Assembly: GCF_006345805.1 (NCBI RefSeq)
Contig: NC_042998.1
Span: 105,462,001 to 105,526,000, forward strand
Reading direction: 5' to 3'
DNA: 64,000 nucleotides
Source of the DNA: Octopus sinensis
Lineage: Eukaryota
Under the pieces are notes generated by a model. The model searched no databases, was not told the DNA's origin, and saw nothing but the letters and a program-made list of their open reading frames with translations. The translations under genes were made by a program, and so were the position numbers. Below are positions 25,162 to 38,002 of the stretch, piece after piece; position 1 is the first letter of the stretch, and each line of letters begins with the position of its first letter.

Positions 25162-26652
25162 TACTATTAATAAGATATAGTGACTAGAATTGAAAGAGAA
25201 TATTGGTAGTTTGCATCAGTAAAAGTCAATAAAACCTACTTGGCGAAGAAAGGAAAATTACAGCCTGAAGATACTAACAGCCATAGCAGAAATCACTCAG
25301 CTTTGTTTACACCTGGGAAATGTTGAGAATAGACAATGAATGTCAGTGAATTACTTGACTAGCTTGATGCTGACCTCAATAGTCAAGGCATTTTTAAATT
25401 TAGATCAGCAATGTGTATCTAGTGATGATGATTGCTAAGACAGAACAAATGTGGCAGAGACACAAATGGAAAAAAATTCTCAATTAAAGAATATGATGTT
25501 ATTTTTAAAATACTTTTAAGATGAAAAGCACATGACAATAGATGTAGATATCTGTTGTCATGTGCTTTTCAAGAGAGCTATGTAAGTCAAAAGACATGTT
25601 GAAATACAGAATCAGCTGCCAAAGGGCTATGCACAAAAAAAGGAAAAAGAAAATGAACGAAACTTGAAACAAAACATGCTTTTTGCAATATTCAAGAAAA
25701 AGAAACACAGTAATGGTACTTAATCCAAAGATTTTTTCGTTTTTGCTTTTTGTTTTTGTTGAGGTTTTTCCCATATTCTACTACAAATCAATAAACTTCT
25801 AAAACATAATGCTTCAACCAATTCCTTTATTTATTTCTTTTCCATTGATTTTCATAAATATTTTTTCCCATAAAGTACTTTTGAAAATTAAAATTTTAGT
25901 CATTTTAAAAGTCTAGACATTAATCAGCAAATTTACATGTCATTCTACATTTGAATACTGTACTTTTGCATACTGTGATGTTCTGGTTGCATGCCATTAC
26001 TCACCCTCATTGATATAGCCTGGTATATCTAAAACTACATTAACAAATGTGTTCATCAATGCTTTCTCTTAAGATCATAGGATTTTATTTGAGAGAGATC
26101 TGGCTTCTACTTCTTGCAAGTGACAAACTCTGTCATTGACTCACATTAAGCTAGTTCTAATTACTGCATAACCATCGAGTAGAACCTATTTTCCAGTCTT
26201 CTTGATGACAACAGTTATTAAAAAATGGTGCAGAAAGAGATGCATTTGCATCATCATCATCATCATCATCATCGTTGACGTCGTCCTCATTATTTAACGT
26301 CTATTTTCCATGTAGCTGGCAAGGTGGAGAGCTGTACCAGGTCCCATTTGTCTGTTTTGACATGGTTACTATAGCTGGATGCTCTTCCTAATGTCAACCA
26401 CTTTGCAGAGTGTACATTTTGATATATGAAAGAAAATCACAAATTGTTCCAATTGTGCAGAAATGTCCAAATTTATTGTAAAATATTCTATCGAAGCTGT
26501 CAAAGAAGTGAACTGGCAGAGTTGTTGTTGTTTGTGTGTGTTGGATATAATGCTTTGTTCTGATATATAATTATTGTTCTGAGAACTAATTATGCTAAGA
26601 TCAACTCTGCTATTCATCCTTTCAGGGTCAATAAATAAGGTGCTATGCATAA

Positions 26653-26722
<70 letters not shown>

Positions 26723-27172
26723 CACACACACACACACACATTCTTCCTCTGAATTGTCTTTGATATGCTATGAAAATGATCATGGCAAAAAACTTGCAGC
26801 ATTCATCAACGAAGAAGAGGATTTAACGTAGGACAAGCAACCTTGTCTCTAGAAATATTAGCATGCTTCTAGAATGTCTAAAGACAGACCAGATTAGACA
26901 TTAAGAAGACTTCAACTATCATGTAAAAAATGGATGTAAAAAGAAGCAACTAGCAAGCTGACAGGAAACTATACAAGTTTTCTGCAAAGAATGAAAGAAT
27001 ATTTTGTAAAACAAATGTTTCTTTTATTTTTTATTAAGATTATACAAAATCTTTTGCCACATTTGTTAGAAATATCACACATTCTATTTTGAATGATATC
27101 TCTTCTTTGGTAGTTTCTTCAGCCAACCTAACATTGTTGAAATAATGTCTCTGACAATGATAAACTTGTTTT

Positions 27173-27213
<41 letters not shown>

Positions 27214-27969
27214 TGCGTGCATGCGTATGTGTGTGAGAGTAAGTGCATGTGTTTGTGTGTGTGTTATCTTTTACAGTTTTCACTCTATGAAAGCTCAGAT
27301 CTCAAATGATTATATCGATCTTTTGGATTAGCCAGCATAATATAAGCAAAAACGATAAATTTTTCTTTAACCCTTGCATATATATATATATATATACGTA
27401 TGTGTGTGTGTTTGTGTGTGAGTGTGTGTGTATGTTTTATATTTTCTTTTACATGTATTGACATTTTTCTCCCTTTTCTTTTTGGCTTATATTATCCTGA
27501 AATTCTATATTTCCACCATATATTCATTATTTGTTTTATTTAATATTTCTTCATCATAGCATTGATAAGTATTATTCTCTAAAGAGAAAATTCTTTACTT
27601 AATTAGCGATAGATGTATTATTTTCATTTGATACTCTGTTATTGTTGTTTTCTTTTTGTCTCTTTCTCCATTTTTATTATATTACTAATTGATTTCATCT
27701 GTTGCCTGTCAGTTTCAATCAACAAATATAATAATGCCAGCTTGTGACCAGCCAACCAGAGTGCCTTTACATAGTCACTCGTACTGCTAGAAACAGTAGC
27801 CAAATTTCCTTCAAATTACACCCTACTGACTTAAAATGTACTAACGCACTTGATAATGTTGCCTTAGCTATACTTAGACCGGAGAAATAAATAGTCAGGA
27901 CTGGAACATCAAGGTCTGATCAATCAATATTAACTGGTGTAAAACAAAAACAACAATAATCAGCTCAGT

Positions 27970-28190
27970 GTAGGCACGTGGCTTAATGGTGAGGGTGTTG
28001 GGCACATGATTGTAAGATTGTGGTTTTGATTCCTGGACCAGGCAAAATTTTGTGCTGAGTATAACACTTCATTTGACATTGCTCCAGTTCACTTAACTAG
28101 CAAAAATGAGTATTCTTGCAACAGACAGGCATCCCATCCTGGAAGGCGTATATATGCCAAAGAATCCAGGAAAACAGCTTATGTGACTCG
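27970..28190 (+). mobile_element. CORE-type SINE family C, degenerate
   Basis: GGCACGTGGCTTAATGGT...GATTCC...ACACTTCATTTGACATTGCTCCAGTTCAC matches the reverse complement of 43972-44308. Confidence 0.6.
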
Positions 28191-28329
28191 AAAAGAGTTT
28201 CATTTTTTTTTTATTAGTCAGCTTACATATTACTCTAACAACCCATAGACTTCCACTACTGTCTTTTACCAAATGATACTACCAAAGATATTTACCATTC
28301 TGACCAGACAGATTAGAGCAGTAGATTAT

Positions 28330-28505
28330 TATTCTGCAATATTTATTTGCATCAATCTAGATTCTGAGATCAATTCTCACCACTGTCAATTTTGCCTTTC
28401 ATCTTTCAAGAGTCAATAAAATAAAGTACCATTCAATTACTGGGGTCAATATAAATATTCCCCTCCATGCAAGCATGTGGCCTTGTAACTAGACTAGAAG
28501 CAATT
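28330..28505 (+). mobile_element. SINE family B fragment
   Basis: TTTGCCTTTCATCTTT...GTCAATAAAATAAAGTACCA central domain shared with 39565-39960, 41690-41900 and 48355-48590. Confidence 0.6.
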
Positions 28506-31500
28506 ATGATCAGGTAGATTAAATATTCCACTTGTTTGATCCTTTGAAAAACACCTCTTTACATTCACTTCCAAAGAATAACTGAAAGACTTTTCCTGGA
28601 AACTACTTGTGATGTACACACATGTTTTACTTTTATTTTTTACTTTCTCTTCTTTATTTCATGTTTACTTTTCATGTTATTAATTTAATGGTTTTACTAA
28701 AATAAAACTACAAATAGATTCTCCCTAAAATGTTTTCAAGAAAGAATGATGTAGATTTTGAGTATGAATTTCATTGTACAAAGTGACTTGTTCTATGATT
28801 AATGAGTTGGTTTCTTAAAGTCTGCTTAAATTAATAATATCCATTAATTTAGGTGAAGTAGTTCATGGATATAGTAATGATATATTGAATTATATATTTG
28901 ACTAAGACAAGAGACAAAATTTGGCTGACGTCAAGCTTTGTCTTTTTGATATTACTCTTGTCTCAGAATAGAGTTACACAGGGTTACACAGACAGGGCTG
29001 TATTAGCTGCTATTCATAAGAGCTGGGTTGACTAGAGCAGCATGAAGTAAAGTGTATCTAGACTGTAGTGAAAGTAAAGTGTATCTAGATTGTAGTGAAA
29101 GCACTTCATCATAATCATCATCAGCAGCAGCAGCATTTAACATCTATTTTCCATGCTGGCATGGGTTGGGTGGTTTGACAAGTGGTGGCCAGCTGGAGAG
29201 CTACACCAGGTTCCAGTTGTCTGTTTTGGCATGGTTTCTATGGCTGGATGTTTTTCTTAATACCAACCGCTTTACAATGCATACTGGGTTCTTTTTATGT
29301 GGCACAAGTAATTTATACATGGCACTAGCATGGGTGCTTTCTATGGGGTGCCAGCACAGGTGCTTTTTACAGGGCACCAGCACAAGACACATTGATATAT
29401 CTTCTTTGAAGGAAGCGATTGTAATGTGGGCTTTGTATTTATTGCAGATGGTATAACACTTGACCATCTGTATTAAGTTCTTTATTCAATCATTTACATA
29501 TAATAGTGGTTGTATTGTTGTTGTTTAACCTTGATTCAATCTTGACTGGGAACATCTGTGATGAAAGACATTCCAGCAATTGACCATTGTGTATTTTCAT
29601 GCCTATCTATGCCAGTTAAGATGATCTATGCCTCTGTACATCTATGTGCTGGCATGGGCATAGTTTCCCATACATGTTAGGTCTTCCCTTGCTATGCCAA
29701 CTTGGGCCAATACAGGTTGGCTCCACTGACATCGCAATTATTGCCATCAGAACACAAACAGCTGAACTAAATACCACAAGGCATTTTCTTGGCCTTCTAA
29801 CAGTTACTCCAATCTACCATATTGTTACTTTTTTATTTATCCTAAAAACAGGAACAGCAAAGTATTCTTCAATGAGATTTGAACCCAAAGATCCTCAGGA
29901 ACAGACACCATAATGCATTCTATTGAATGCTCTCATGGTTCTGTCAGTTTGTAACCTTGTGACTACCTTAGACTAAATTATCTAATGAATCTTCTTTTTA
30001 ACATGGTAGAATGGATTTTGAGTGAGATTTGGCTACTATGTCAAGCAAGATGTAGGTTCCTATAAAAAAAAATCTCCTTCATTTGTTTGTCCATGATGTT
30101 AATTCATTCCATATAAGAATTCTGCAGTAAGTGCTAAAGAAAAAAATTTTCCTATCCACTGAGTAAGTGAAACCATTTCAATTTTCAAATTAATTTACTT
30201 CATTTTTGTCACTAATGAGTTTGATTAAAGTCATGAGAGATATTTAAGACACACATACTTTAACTTTCCTTTATTCCATGATAGTATTATATATTATAAA
30301 GTATCAAAAAATGTTATAGTACATCTGTGATCTGGTTACTAACACAATTTTGTAATAGTGCTGGTGATCAAGTCATAAGTCATCATCATTTAACGTCCGC
30401 TTTCCATGCTAGCATGGGTTGGACCAAGTGTATGATGAAAATGTTCAATACTATCTATAAAACAATCCTCTTGTGAAATGAAACAAAAATTGATATAACA
30501 ATAAATGAGAATCTAGAATAACAAAGAAGACTTTTCAATTCAACACTCATTCTCGTATCAAGTCACAAAGCAAACATGTAAAATGTTGATCTGTCACTAA
30601 TCTTCTTGTAGAGATTACTGAGAAAGCATCTAGACTGTTCTGAGTGAAAAAAAAAGTGACATGTGAAGCCAGTAAGATGCTGCTTGGTCATAGGCCAGGA
30701 CTTGATCAACCTAAATTGTGTTGCCTGGATAAGGGCAATATGTGAGGCCTGAAACTCTCAGTGATCCCCAAGAGGCAACATTTTATTATGTCTAAGCATC
30801 GTGTTTGTTGGTGTATGTTGAACTATTGCATTTCTTATCTAATTAATACATGGTCTTATTCCTAAGTCAGAAATCAATTATTTTCATTACCAATTTCTAC
30901 TCTTATCATTCTGGAGTTAGTAAAATGAATACTATTAATATACCAAGGCTGTCTCAATTAACAACAATGTTACTCCCTACAAGAAAGACTATTAACTAAG
31001 CAGCATTTAATATCACTGTTTTTGTTGTATGCTGTTATTGCTATTTATTATTAACTGCTTATTAATATGGCTATTGTTTAGTTGATATCATACTTTTACT
31101 AATTGTAAATCCCCTTCTGTTTCTTGTTTTGTGTTTTCTTTTGTATATTTCCTTTTCACAAAATTTTGAAATATTAGTATTATAGGCTGCATTATTATTA
31201 TTAACATTATTATTATTGGTTATATTATTGCTTGCAAACAGAGTCATAATAAGTTTTCACTACACTAAAAATCGCTGATTTTATAATCTCGTTTTGCTTT
31301 TCAGATAAAGCTGCTTCATATCCATTTCTAAATTCTCATTTGGGAGTTACAGCTCAAATGTTCTTCTCCCAACTGCAGTCAGAAATTTTCTGCTCATTGT
31401 ACTAACACTGTCTTCAGTCTTTCAGATTTGTATCTAATATCACAAACATTAGTCCCATGTTCCCTATCTCCTTGTTTAGATGACATAATAAACAATTGAA

Positions 31501-31696
31501 AGACTTTATGTAGACATAAAATGATCATAATTTGCCCGTTCTCCTATAAATCTGTATCTTGGGGTTATGTAAGGAATTTTTATTATCGATATATTTTTAT
31601 TCATTTATTAAATAGTGTTATAGATGAATGGCAAATTGACTTTGGGGATAAGATTTCTGGATTCTTGCTTGAATAACAACTTCTGACTTAGACACA

Positions 31697-31735
31697 AGTA
31701 GTAGTATTAGTAGCAGCAGCAGCAGCAGCAGTAGC

Positions 31736-31784
<49 letters not shown>
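31697..31784. repeat. (TAG)/(CAG) trinucleotide microsatellite
   Basis: Direct run. Confidence 0.9.
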
Positions 31785-33420
31785 TGGAGGGGGTATGCAC
31801 TATAATGGTGCACTGCTGCAGCCACCATTTGTTAGTGAGTTTCTACTGCTGGTTGACATGTTTGCACCACTTAGACAATAACCCTCCAATCCATGAGTCT
31901 GTCTGGGTAGTCATTGCTGGTGAGGGTTCTACAAAGTCAGAATGCAAATCCTACCTCAACCTCTTTTAGTTGCCTTTTACGACAAGCAGAAGAAGCATTG
32001 CATCTACTATTTGAAATGCCAGGCTCCACACAGGACTAGAGTGACATGAAATGAAGCGTTTTGCTCATGAACACAACATACCAGCTGTTCTGGGAATCAG
32101 ACCCATAATCTAGCAATTGGGAGTACAACATCCTAACCATGAGGTCACATGCTTTCACAAGGCCACACAAAAGCCCCTTGTGTGGCACAGTCAATTAAAT
32201 CAACCGCAGCGCTCATTTGGTACTTATTTTATTGATATCAAAAGATGTAAAAGTAAAATCGATCCTGATAGAATTAGAAATTACCAAATAAAGGGAGGTA
32301 ACATGACAAGTTTCTTTCCCAATGTTCAAGCTTTTCAAGCCATATATTAATACGCCACATCAAGTGGAAAATAATGCGTTGTTGGTGAATGTAGTGTGAT
32401 GGAGGAAAAAGACAACAAAAAAAGAAGCAAACGAGAGAAAGAAATACAAAAGGCCTTACCTGTTGACCTCGGTGGAATGAGTGATCATTCTCAAGAAATA
32501 AGCACATCTTTTCACACTGCCGTCTCTGCTTGAACTAACCACACATGCTTCCTGCCTAGGCATGCCCTGTGCCTGTGCCACCAGCCCCTGCAGTGCTCAC
32601 TTCCATCTACCTCATCTGCAATCCCCTCCACCAACACCACATAGCTCCATCACAGCCCATAACACTACTAACACCACAGTGAAGATAAAATAGTTTGTTC
32701 TAATCTTAATTATTGATTTGAAATCTTTTCTAGAGTTAAACTGACTTCATTGTAATACTTGTCATATTTTGATATGTAATTAGCAAGAGAATCTCCAATT
32801 TATCTTCAACATCATAGCCAGTCAATATAATGAAACCCTGGCTATTAGCAGTTTTAAGGACTGCATTAGTTATGGGCCTAACCCCAGTCGTCTAAGGGAA
32901 GCTGTCACTATAAGATCATTTGGCTTGCACACTTATTCTCTCATAATGACCAAACTTGTGTATCAAGGACTTTTCTTAAGTTAATAGACGGGCATTTTCC
33001 AGTGATATGTGAGTATAGAAAGATATTCAATGTGCACACCTTGAGGATCTATATTGTATCTCAAGAGCAACAGGGATGCAGGCTCTCTTTGGTAGAGAAA
33101 AGAATTATTTTAAAGAACTCACATGATCCAGGTACTTTCATGAAATTGACCAACAACATTTTTTGATATTGCATTTATGAACATAGATTCCTTTTGGGAA
33201 TGTGGCCAAGTTTCACTTTACACTAGGGAATGTTACATACATATATACACACATGTTTCCTCTTCCCCCTGTGCCACCTCTAACCCTAGCCTTTTGCAGG
33301 TTTCTTTATCAGCCTTTCCTCTTCTTCACTCCACTTCCCAACTTCCTCACTCACTTCATCCTCATCTTCACACACCATGTAATCACCCTGCTTGTCACAC
33401 ACATATGTTCATTTGCCAAG

Positions 33421-33577
33421 ATTCATTCTGATGAGTAATCTGTTCATTATTTAACAGCACAATCGTATTTATGTGTATATACGTACACCTATGTGTATAT
33501 TTATATGTCCATTAGTCAATTTAGTATCACTGATATAACTAGACACAGATTACGAAACAGCTATCAACAAATGGAAT
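33421..33577 (+). ncRNA. Candidate hammerhead ribozyme with a very long stem II loop (Penelope-like terminus)
   Basis: CTGATGA (33428-34), GTAATCTGT, ~100 nt, ACAGATTAC (perfect 9-bp stem II), GAAA, CAGCT, ATC. Stems I and III are imperfect. Confidence 0.5.
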
Positions 33578-33726
33578 AAGCCCCTCTGTTCTCACTACGT
33601 TTTTATTCAATCAATGTATATATATATTTGTGTGTATGTATGTGTGTGTGTGTGTGTGTGCCCATATTCCCTCAAAGCACTAATAAAAGTTTGCCATTAA
33701 TAACAATCAAATTTGGTTATTTTGTA

Positions 33727-33755
33727 ATTACTACTACTACTACTACTACTACTAC

Positions 33756-33799
<44 letters not shown>

Positions 33800-33811
33800 G
33801 TAATATTATTA

Positions 33812-33863
<52 letters not shown>

Positions 33864-33865
33864 CA
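33727..33865. repeat. Compound (TAC)n(TAA)n(TTA)n microsatellite
   Basis: Direct runs; the TAA and TTA halves are mutually inverted. Confidence 0.92.
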
Positions 33866-34220
33866 TCTAGTTGTTCTAACAAATCTTTCAAAACTTATGG
33901 TTTTAATTTCCTGTTTTCACAGTTTGACATTAACACCAAACCATGAGAAATAATTTTCCACTTTCTTCCGTTTTTGCATTTTCTTTAACTTTTTTTTTTC
34001 ACTTCTCTTAGATCGATTCTACAAAAAGTATCTTCCATCCTTTTGCAACTATCAAGTGAATCTAAGGAGTATGCACTTCTACTGCTAAAGAGACTATGTG
34101 CTTCTGGTCAGCATGCTTGAAGAAATGTTAGACATGTAACATCTGATGCAAAAGCAATGTTATCGTTCTGACCAGCAATATGCCATCCTTTTTTTTTTTA
34201 TTTGACAAGGAAATAATGTA

Positions 34221-34608
34221 GGTGCATGAGTGGTTGTGTGGTAAGTAGCTTGCTTGCTACCCACATGGTTCCAGGTTTAATCCCACTGTGTGGAACCTTG
34301 GGCAAGTGTCTTCTACTACAGCCTCAGTTTGACCAAAGCCTTGTGAGTGGATTTGGTTGACAGAAACTGAAAGAAGCCTGTCATGTATGTGTGTGAATGT
34401 ATGTATGTGTGCCTGTTTCACCACTAATGCTTGACAATCGATGTTGGTGTGATTATGTCTCCGTAACTTAGCAGTTCAACAAAACGAGGTTTCTAGAATA
34501 AGTACTAGGCTTACAAAGAATAAGTCCTGGGTTCAATTTGTCTGACTAAAGGCGGTGCTCCAGCATGGTTGCAGTCAAATGACTTAAACAAATGAAAGAA
34601 TAAAAGAA
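34221..34608 (+). mobile_element. SINE family A
   Basis: Full head-to-tail match to 1456-1875. Confidence 0.88.
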
Positions 34609-34939
34609 TTCACCCTATTTTAACTGTGCTTTTGTTTTGTGAATTATGGACAACAAACTGACAGCTTATACACACACATACACATGTGTAGGTGCATGTA
34701 CCTATGTGTGTGTGTATTTTCAGTACAAAAACAAAATATTTATACATGATAATATTTATATATATATATATCACTGTTAAGGTATTCATATGTATTGCTT
34801 CAAGTATACTTATTTATTTTCTACAGAAAGACTTGATCAATTTGTTTTTTTTAATTTCTATTTTTTTCCAGAACTACATTTCAAATTTATCATTACATTC
34901 AGCCAAAAGAGAAAAGGAAGATAAATAATGATGATGATG

Positions 34940-34985
<46 letters not shown>

Positions 34986-35748
34986 TAATAATAATGATAA
35001 TAACAATAGAAATGAATATTTTTATTTAATTTTTTAAAAAATCAAACGCAAAAAGAAGGAAATATATGGAGAAAAAGGCTGAAATGTTTAACAGATTGAA
35101 TATTTGAGTGACATGTTTATCTAAACATACATTTGTTATTGTATGTATCATTCATATATAAAAGAAATCTATTCCTTTTTTATTTTCACTTTTTTCTAAG
35201 GCATTTATTGTATTATTTTATAATTTGAAATAATAATTTCTATTCTAGTTTCTAACTTATTGCTGATGTGTATGTGTATCAGAGATACTAGAGTCACACT
35301 TTTAGTTCCATACCCTTGGAGATATTCAAAGAATCACAGACTGCTTCTTCGCTTCCACAAAGAACTTTGGTTTTCATAACCACCGAGAAAAACACTGAAA
35401 TCATGCACCAAACCAAACCTAGATCTAGATACTTGCCCCAAAATCCAGACCTCAGTATGTGTGTGTGTGTGTATGTCTGCCACCTGGTTAAGGTTAATCA
35501 TTGCTCATGTAAGTACAGGTTTGTGGAAAATATTTTTGAGGATGACTGGCAGTAGCCAATGCATGCAAGTCTTCTCTTTCTATCCCACCAATATTTATCG
35601 ATAAGAAAGGCCAACAACTTGGGCCAATAAAGCTTAGCACCAGCATCACAGCAAGCATTATTATCAGAATGCAAAGAATTGAGATAAATACTACAGGGTT
35701 TCTTGCCTGACACTCTAGGAGTTCCACTAATCTCTTATCCTGGATTGG

Positions 35749-35779
<31 letters not shown>

Positions 35780-35840
35780 CATCATCATCATCATCATCGT
35801 TTAGCGTCCGTTTTCCATGCTAGCATGGGTTGGACATGTA

Positions 35841-36068
35841 TGGGAGCCCCTTTTAAAGTAGAAGGAATAGCTAAGATTTTTGTACTGTTATTTCTAATCT
35901 TCGGTATGTGGTGAAGCAAATCTCTGCTGAACCCTAATTATAAAGTATGTATATATATATATACTTTATAATTAGGGTTCAGCAGAGATTTGCTTCACCA
36001 CATACCGAAGATTAGAAATAACAGTACAAAAATCTTAGCTATTCCTTCTACTTTAAAAGGGGCTCCCA
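35841..36068. repeat. 228-bp near-perfect palindrome centred on a TA run
   Basis: TGGGAGCCCCTTTTAAAG...TAAAGTAT is mirrored exactly as ATACTTTA...CTTTAAAAGGGGCTCCCA. The only mismatch is G35949 in the central TA run. Confidence 0.97.
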
Positions 36069-36143
36069 GAAAAACCAAAGTACGTGAAAACAATCCATGC
36101 AGGCAAAAGAGAAAAATAACGAAAATCAATTGGTATTAGGTTA

Positions 36144-36229
36144 CCCACGTACGCGCGTTTCAGAATTAGTTCGGTATAAAGAATAAATAGCTATACCTTA
36201 CCCAATCCTTTTCAGCTCATCAGTGTGGG
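36144..36229 (-). ncRNA. Minimal type-I hammerhead ribozyme, intact core (Penelope-like terminus)
   Basis: Minus strand: CCCACA-CTGATGA-[55-nt stem II with AGGATTGG/CTAATTCT and GGTATA/TATACC pairings]-GAAA-C-GCGC-GTA-CGTGGG. The palindromic stem III loop and GUA cleavage triplet match PLE-type hammerheads. Confidence 0.7.
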
Positions 36230-37094
36230 ATTCCAGAAATATTAATTATTAAAATTATTAAAATTAAATTCGAAGGCACTAGAATTCTGCCGAATTCTAC
36301 TTGGTGAAATTACTGATTACTTCTTAATTAATTAATTTTACCTTTTGTTATTATATATATATATATATATATATATTAGTCATATCAAAGGGAAATGGAA
36401 ATTAATAGAAATTTTCACTCCCAGTGGCCTAACGTGTAAAAATTTAGTTCAAAGACTATGTATTACTCATAAAATACAATGTACATTTGAACACATAAGG
36501 AATCCACTCATGGGATTCAACACGCTAGAAAGAACAGCTAGGTTCTATAACCACAAAATTTACTTTATGTGTTTAAATGTACACTGTATTTTATGAGTAA
36601 TACATAGTCTTTGGACTAAATTTTTACACGTTAGGCCACTGGAAGTGAAAATTTCTATTAATCTCTATTTCCCTTTGATATGATTAAGTATCGTAAGTTT
36701 TTGGGTAATTTTCAGATTTTAAAAGTTGGCATTTTTTTATTGCTGGCGAAGGGCTGCGTCTGCACAGTAGATTTTGAAAAATTAGGATGTATAAACAAGG
36801 GGCACATAGTTGATCACCTCATGTTTATATATTTAATCTGTGAGAAAGATTTCACCTAGTGAGTAAATATTATTTATTTACTAAACTAAAATGAGAAACC
36901 AATTGGTTCAGGAAACTAGATGGTAAAATGTTTTTATTTTTTCATTTCATTCCTGTCGAATTTTATCCCTAATTTTGTGGTTATAGAACCTAGTTGTTCT
37001 TTCTAGTGTGTTGAATCCCATGAGGTGGATTTCTTATGTGTTTAAATGTACACTGTGTATATATATATATATACTTATGAATACTCCTCATTCA

Positions 37095-37568
37095 TTGGAC
37101 AATAAACTTTGCCAGTGGAATGTTAAAAGCCCATCTGAGCATGATCGTTGCCATGGCCACGGATTGGCTCCCATGCCAGTGGCTTATAAAAAGCACCATT
37201 TGAGCGTGAATGTTGCCAACGTTGCCTTACTGGCACATGTGCCGGTGGCATGTGAAAAACAACATTCGAGCATGGTCATTGCCAGTACCACCAGACTGGC
37301 TCCTGTGCAGGTAGCATGTAAAGAACACCTTTTGAGCATGGTCGTTGCCAGAACCACCTGACTGGCCCTCATGCCAGTGGCATGTAAAGGCACCTACTAC
37401 ACTCAGAGTGGTTGGCATCAGGAAGGGCATCCAGCAGTAGAAACTTTGCCAGATCAGATTGAGCCTGGTGCACCCTTCTGGCTCACCAGTCCTCAGTCAA
37501 ACCGTCCAACCCATGCCAGCATTAGAAAGCGGACGTTAAATGATGGTGATGATGATGATGATGATGAT
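37095..37568 (+). mobile_element. RTE 3' UTR and terminus fragment
   Basis: About five hairpin repeat units, then CACTCAGAGTGGTTGGCATCAGGAAGGGCATCCAG...GGACGTTAAATGATG(GAT)n. Confidence 0.85.
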
Positions 37569-37823
37569 ATATATATATATATATAATCATATCAAAGGGA
37601 AATGGAAATTAATTAAAATTTACATTTCCAGTAGTCCAGCGAGTAAAAATTTAGTCCAAAGACTATGTATTAATCATAAGATAAAGTGTATATTTAAACA
37701 CATGAGGAATCCACTCATAGGATTCAACACGCTAGAAAGAACAGCTAGGTTCTATAACCACAAAAATTAGGGATAAAATTCAACAGAAAAGAAATGAAAA
37801 ATAAAAACATTTTACCATCTAGT

Positions 37824-37899
37824 TTCCTGAACCAATTGGTTTCTGATTTTAGTTTAGCAAGTAAATGAACCTACCAGGTGCAATCGTCTTCAGCAAGAA
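37824..37899 (-). ncRNA. Candidate minimal hammerhead ribozyme (CUGAAGA core)
   Basis: Minus strand: TTCTTG-CTGAAGA-CGATT...AATCA-GAAA-CCAATTGG-TT-CAGGAA. Stem I is TTCTTG/CAGGAA and stem III is palindromic; the cleavage triplet reads GUU. Confidence 0.55.
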
Positions 37900-38002
37900 T
37901 GCCTATGGTTAAACGTATACACACGGGGTGATCAAACTATGTGCCCCTTATTTATACATCCTAACTTTTTCAAAATCTACTGCACAGCCGCACACATGCA
38001 TT

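Larger units (their letters stand above)
36376..37992. mobile_element. Multi-inverted cluster of one ~410-bp repeat family (Penelope-like), interrupted by an RTE 3' fragment
   Basis: Segments 36376-36560 (+), 36565-36687 (-), 36755-37056 (-) and 37584-37992 (+) are mutually homologous and begin at TA runs. Confidence 0.75.
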
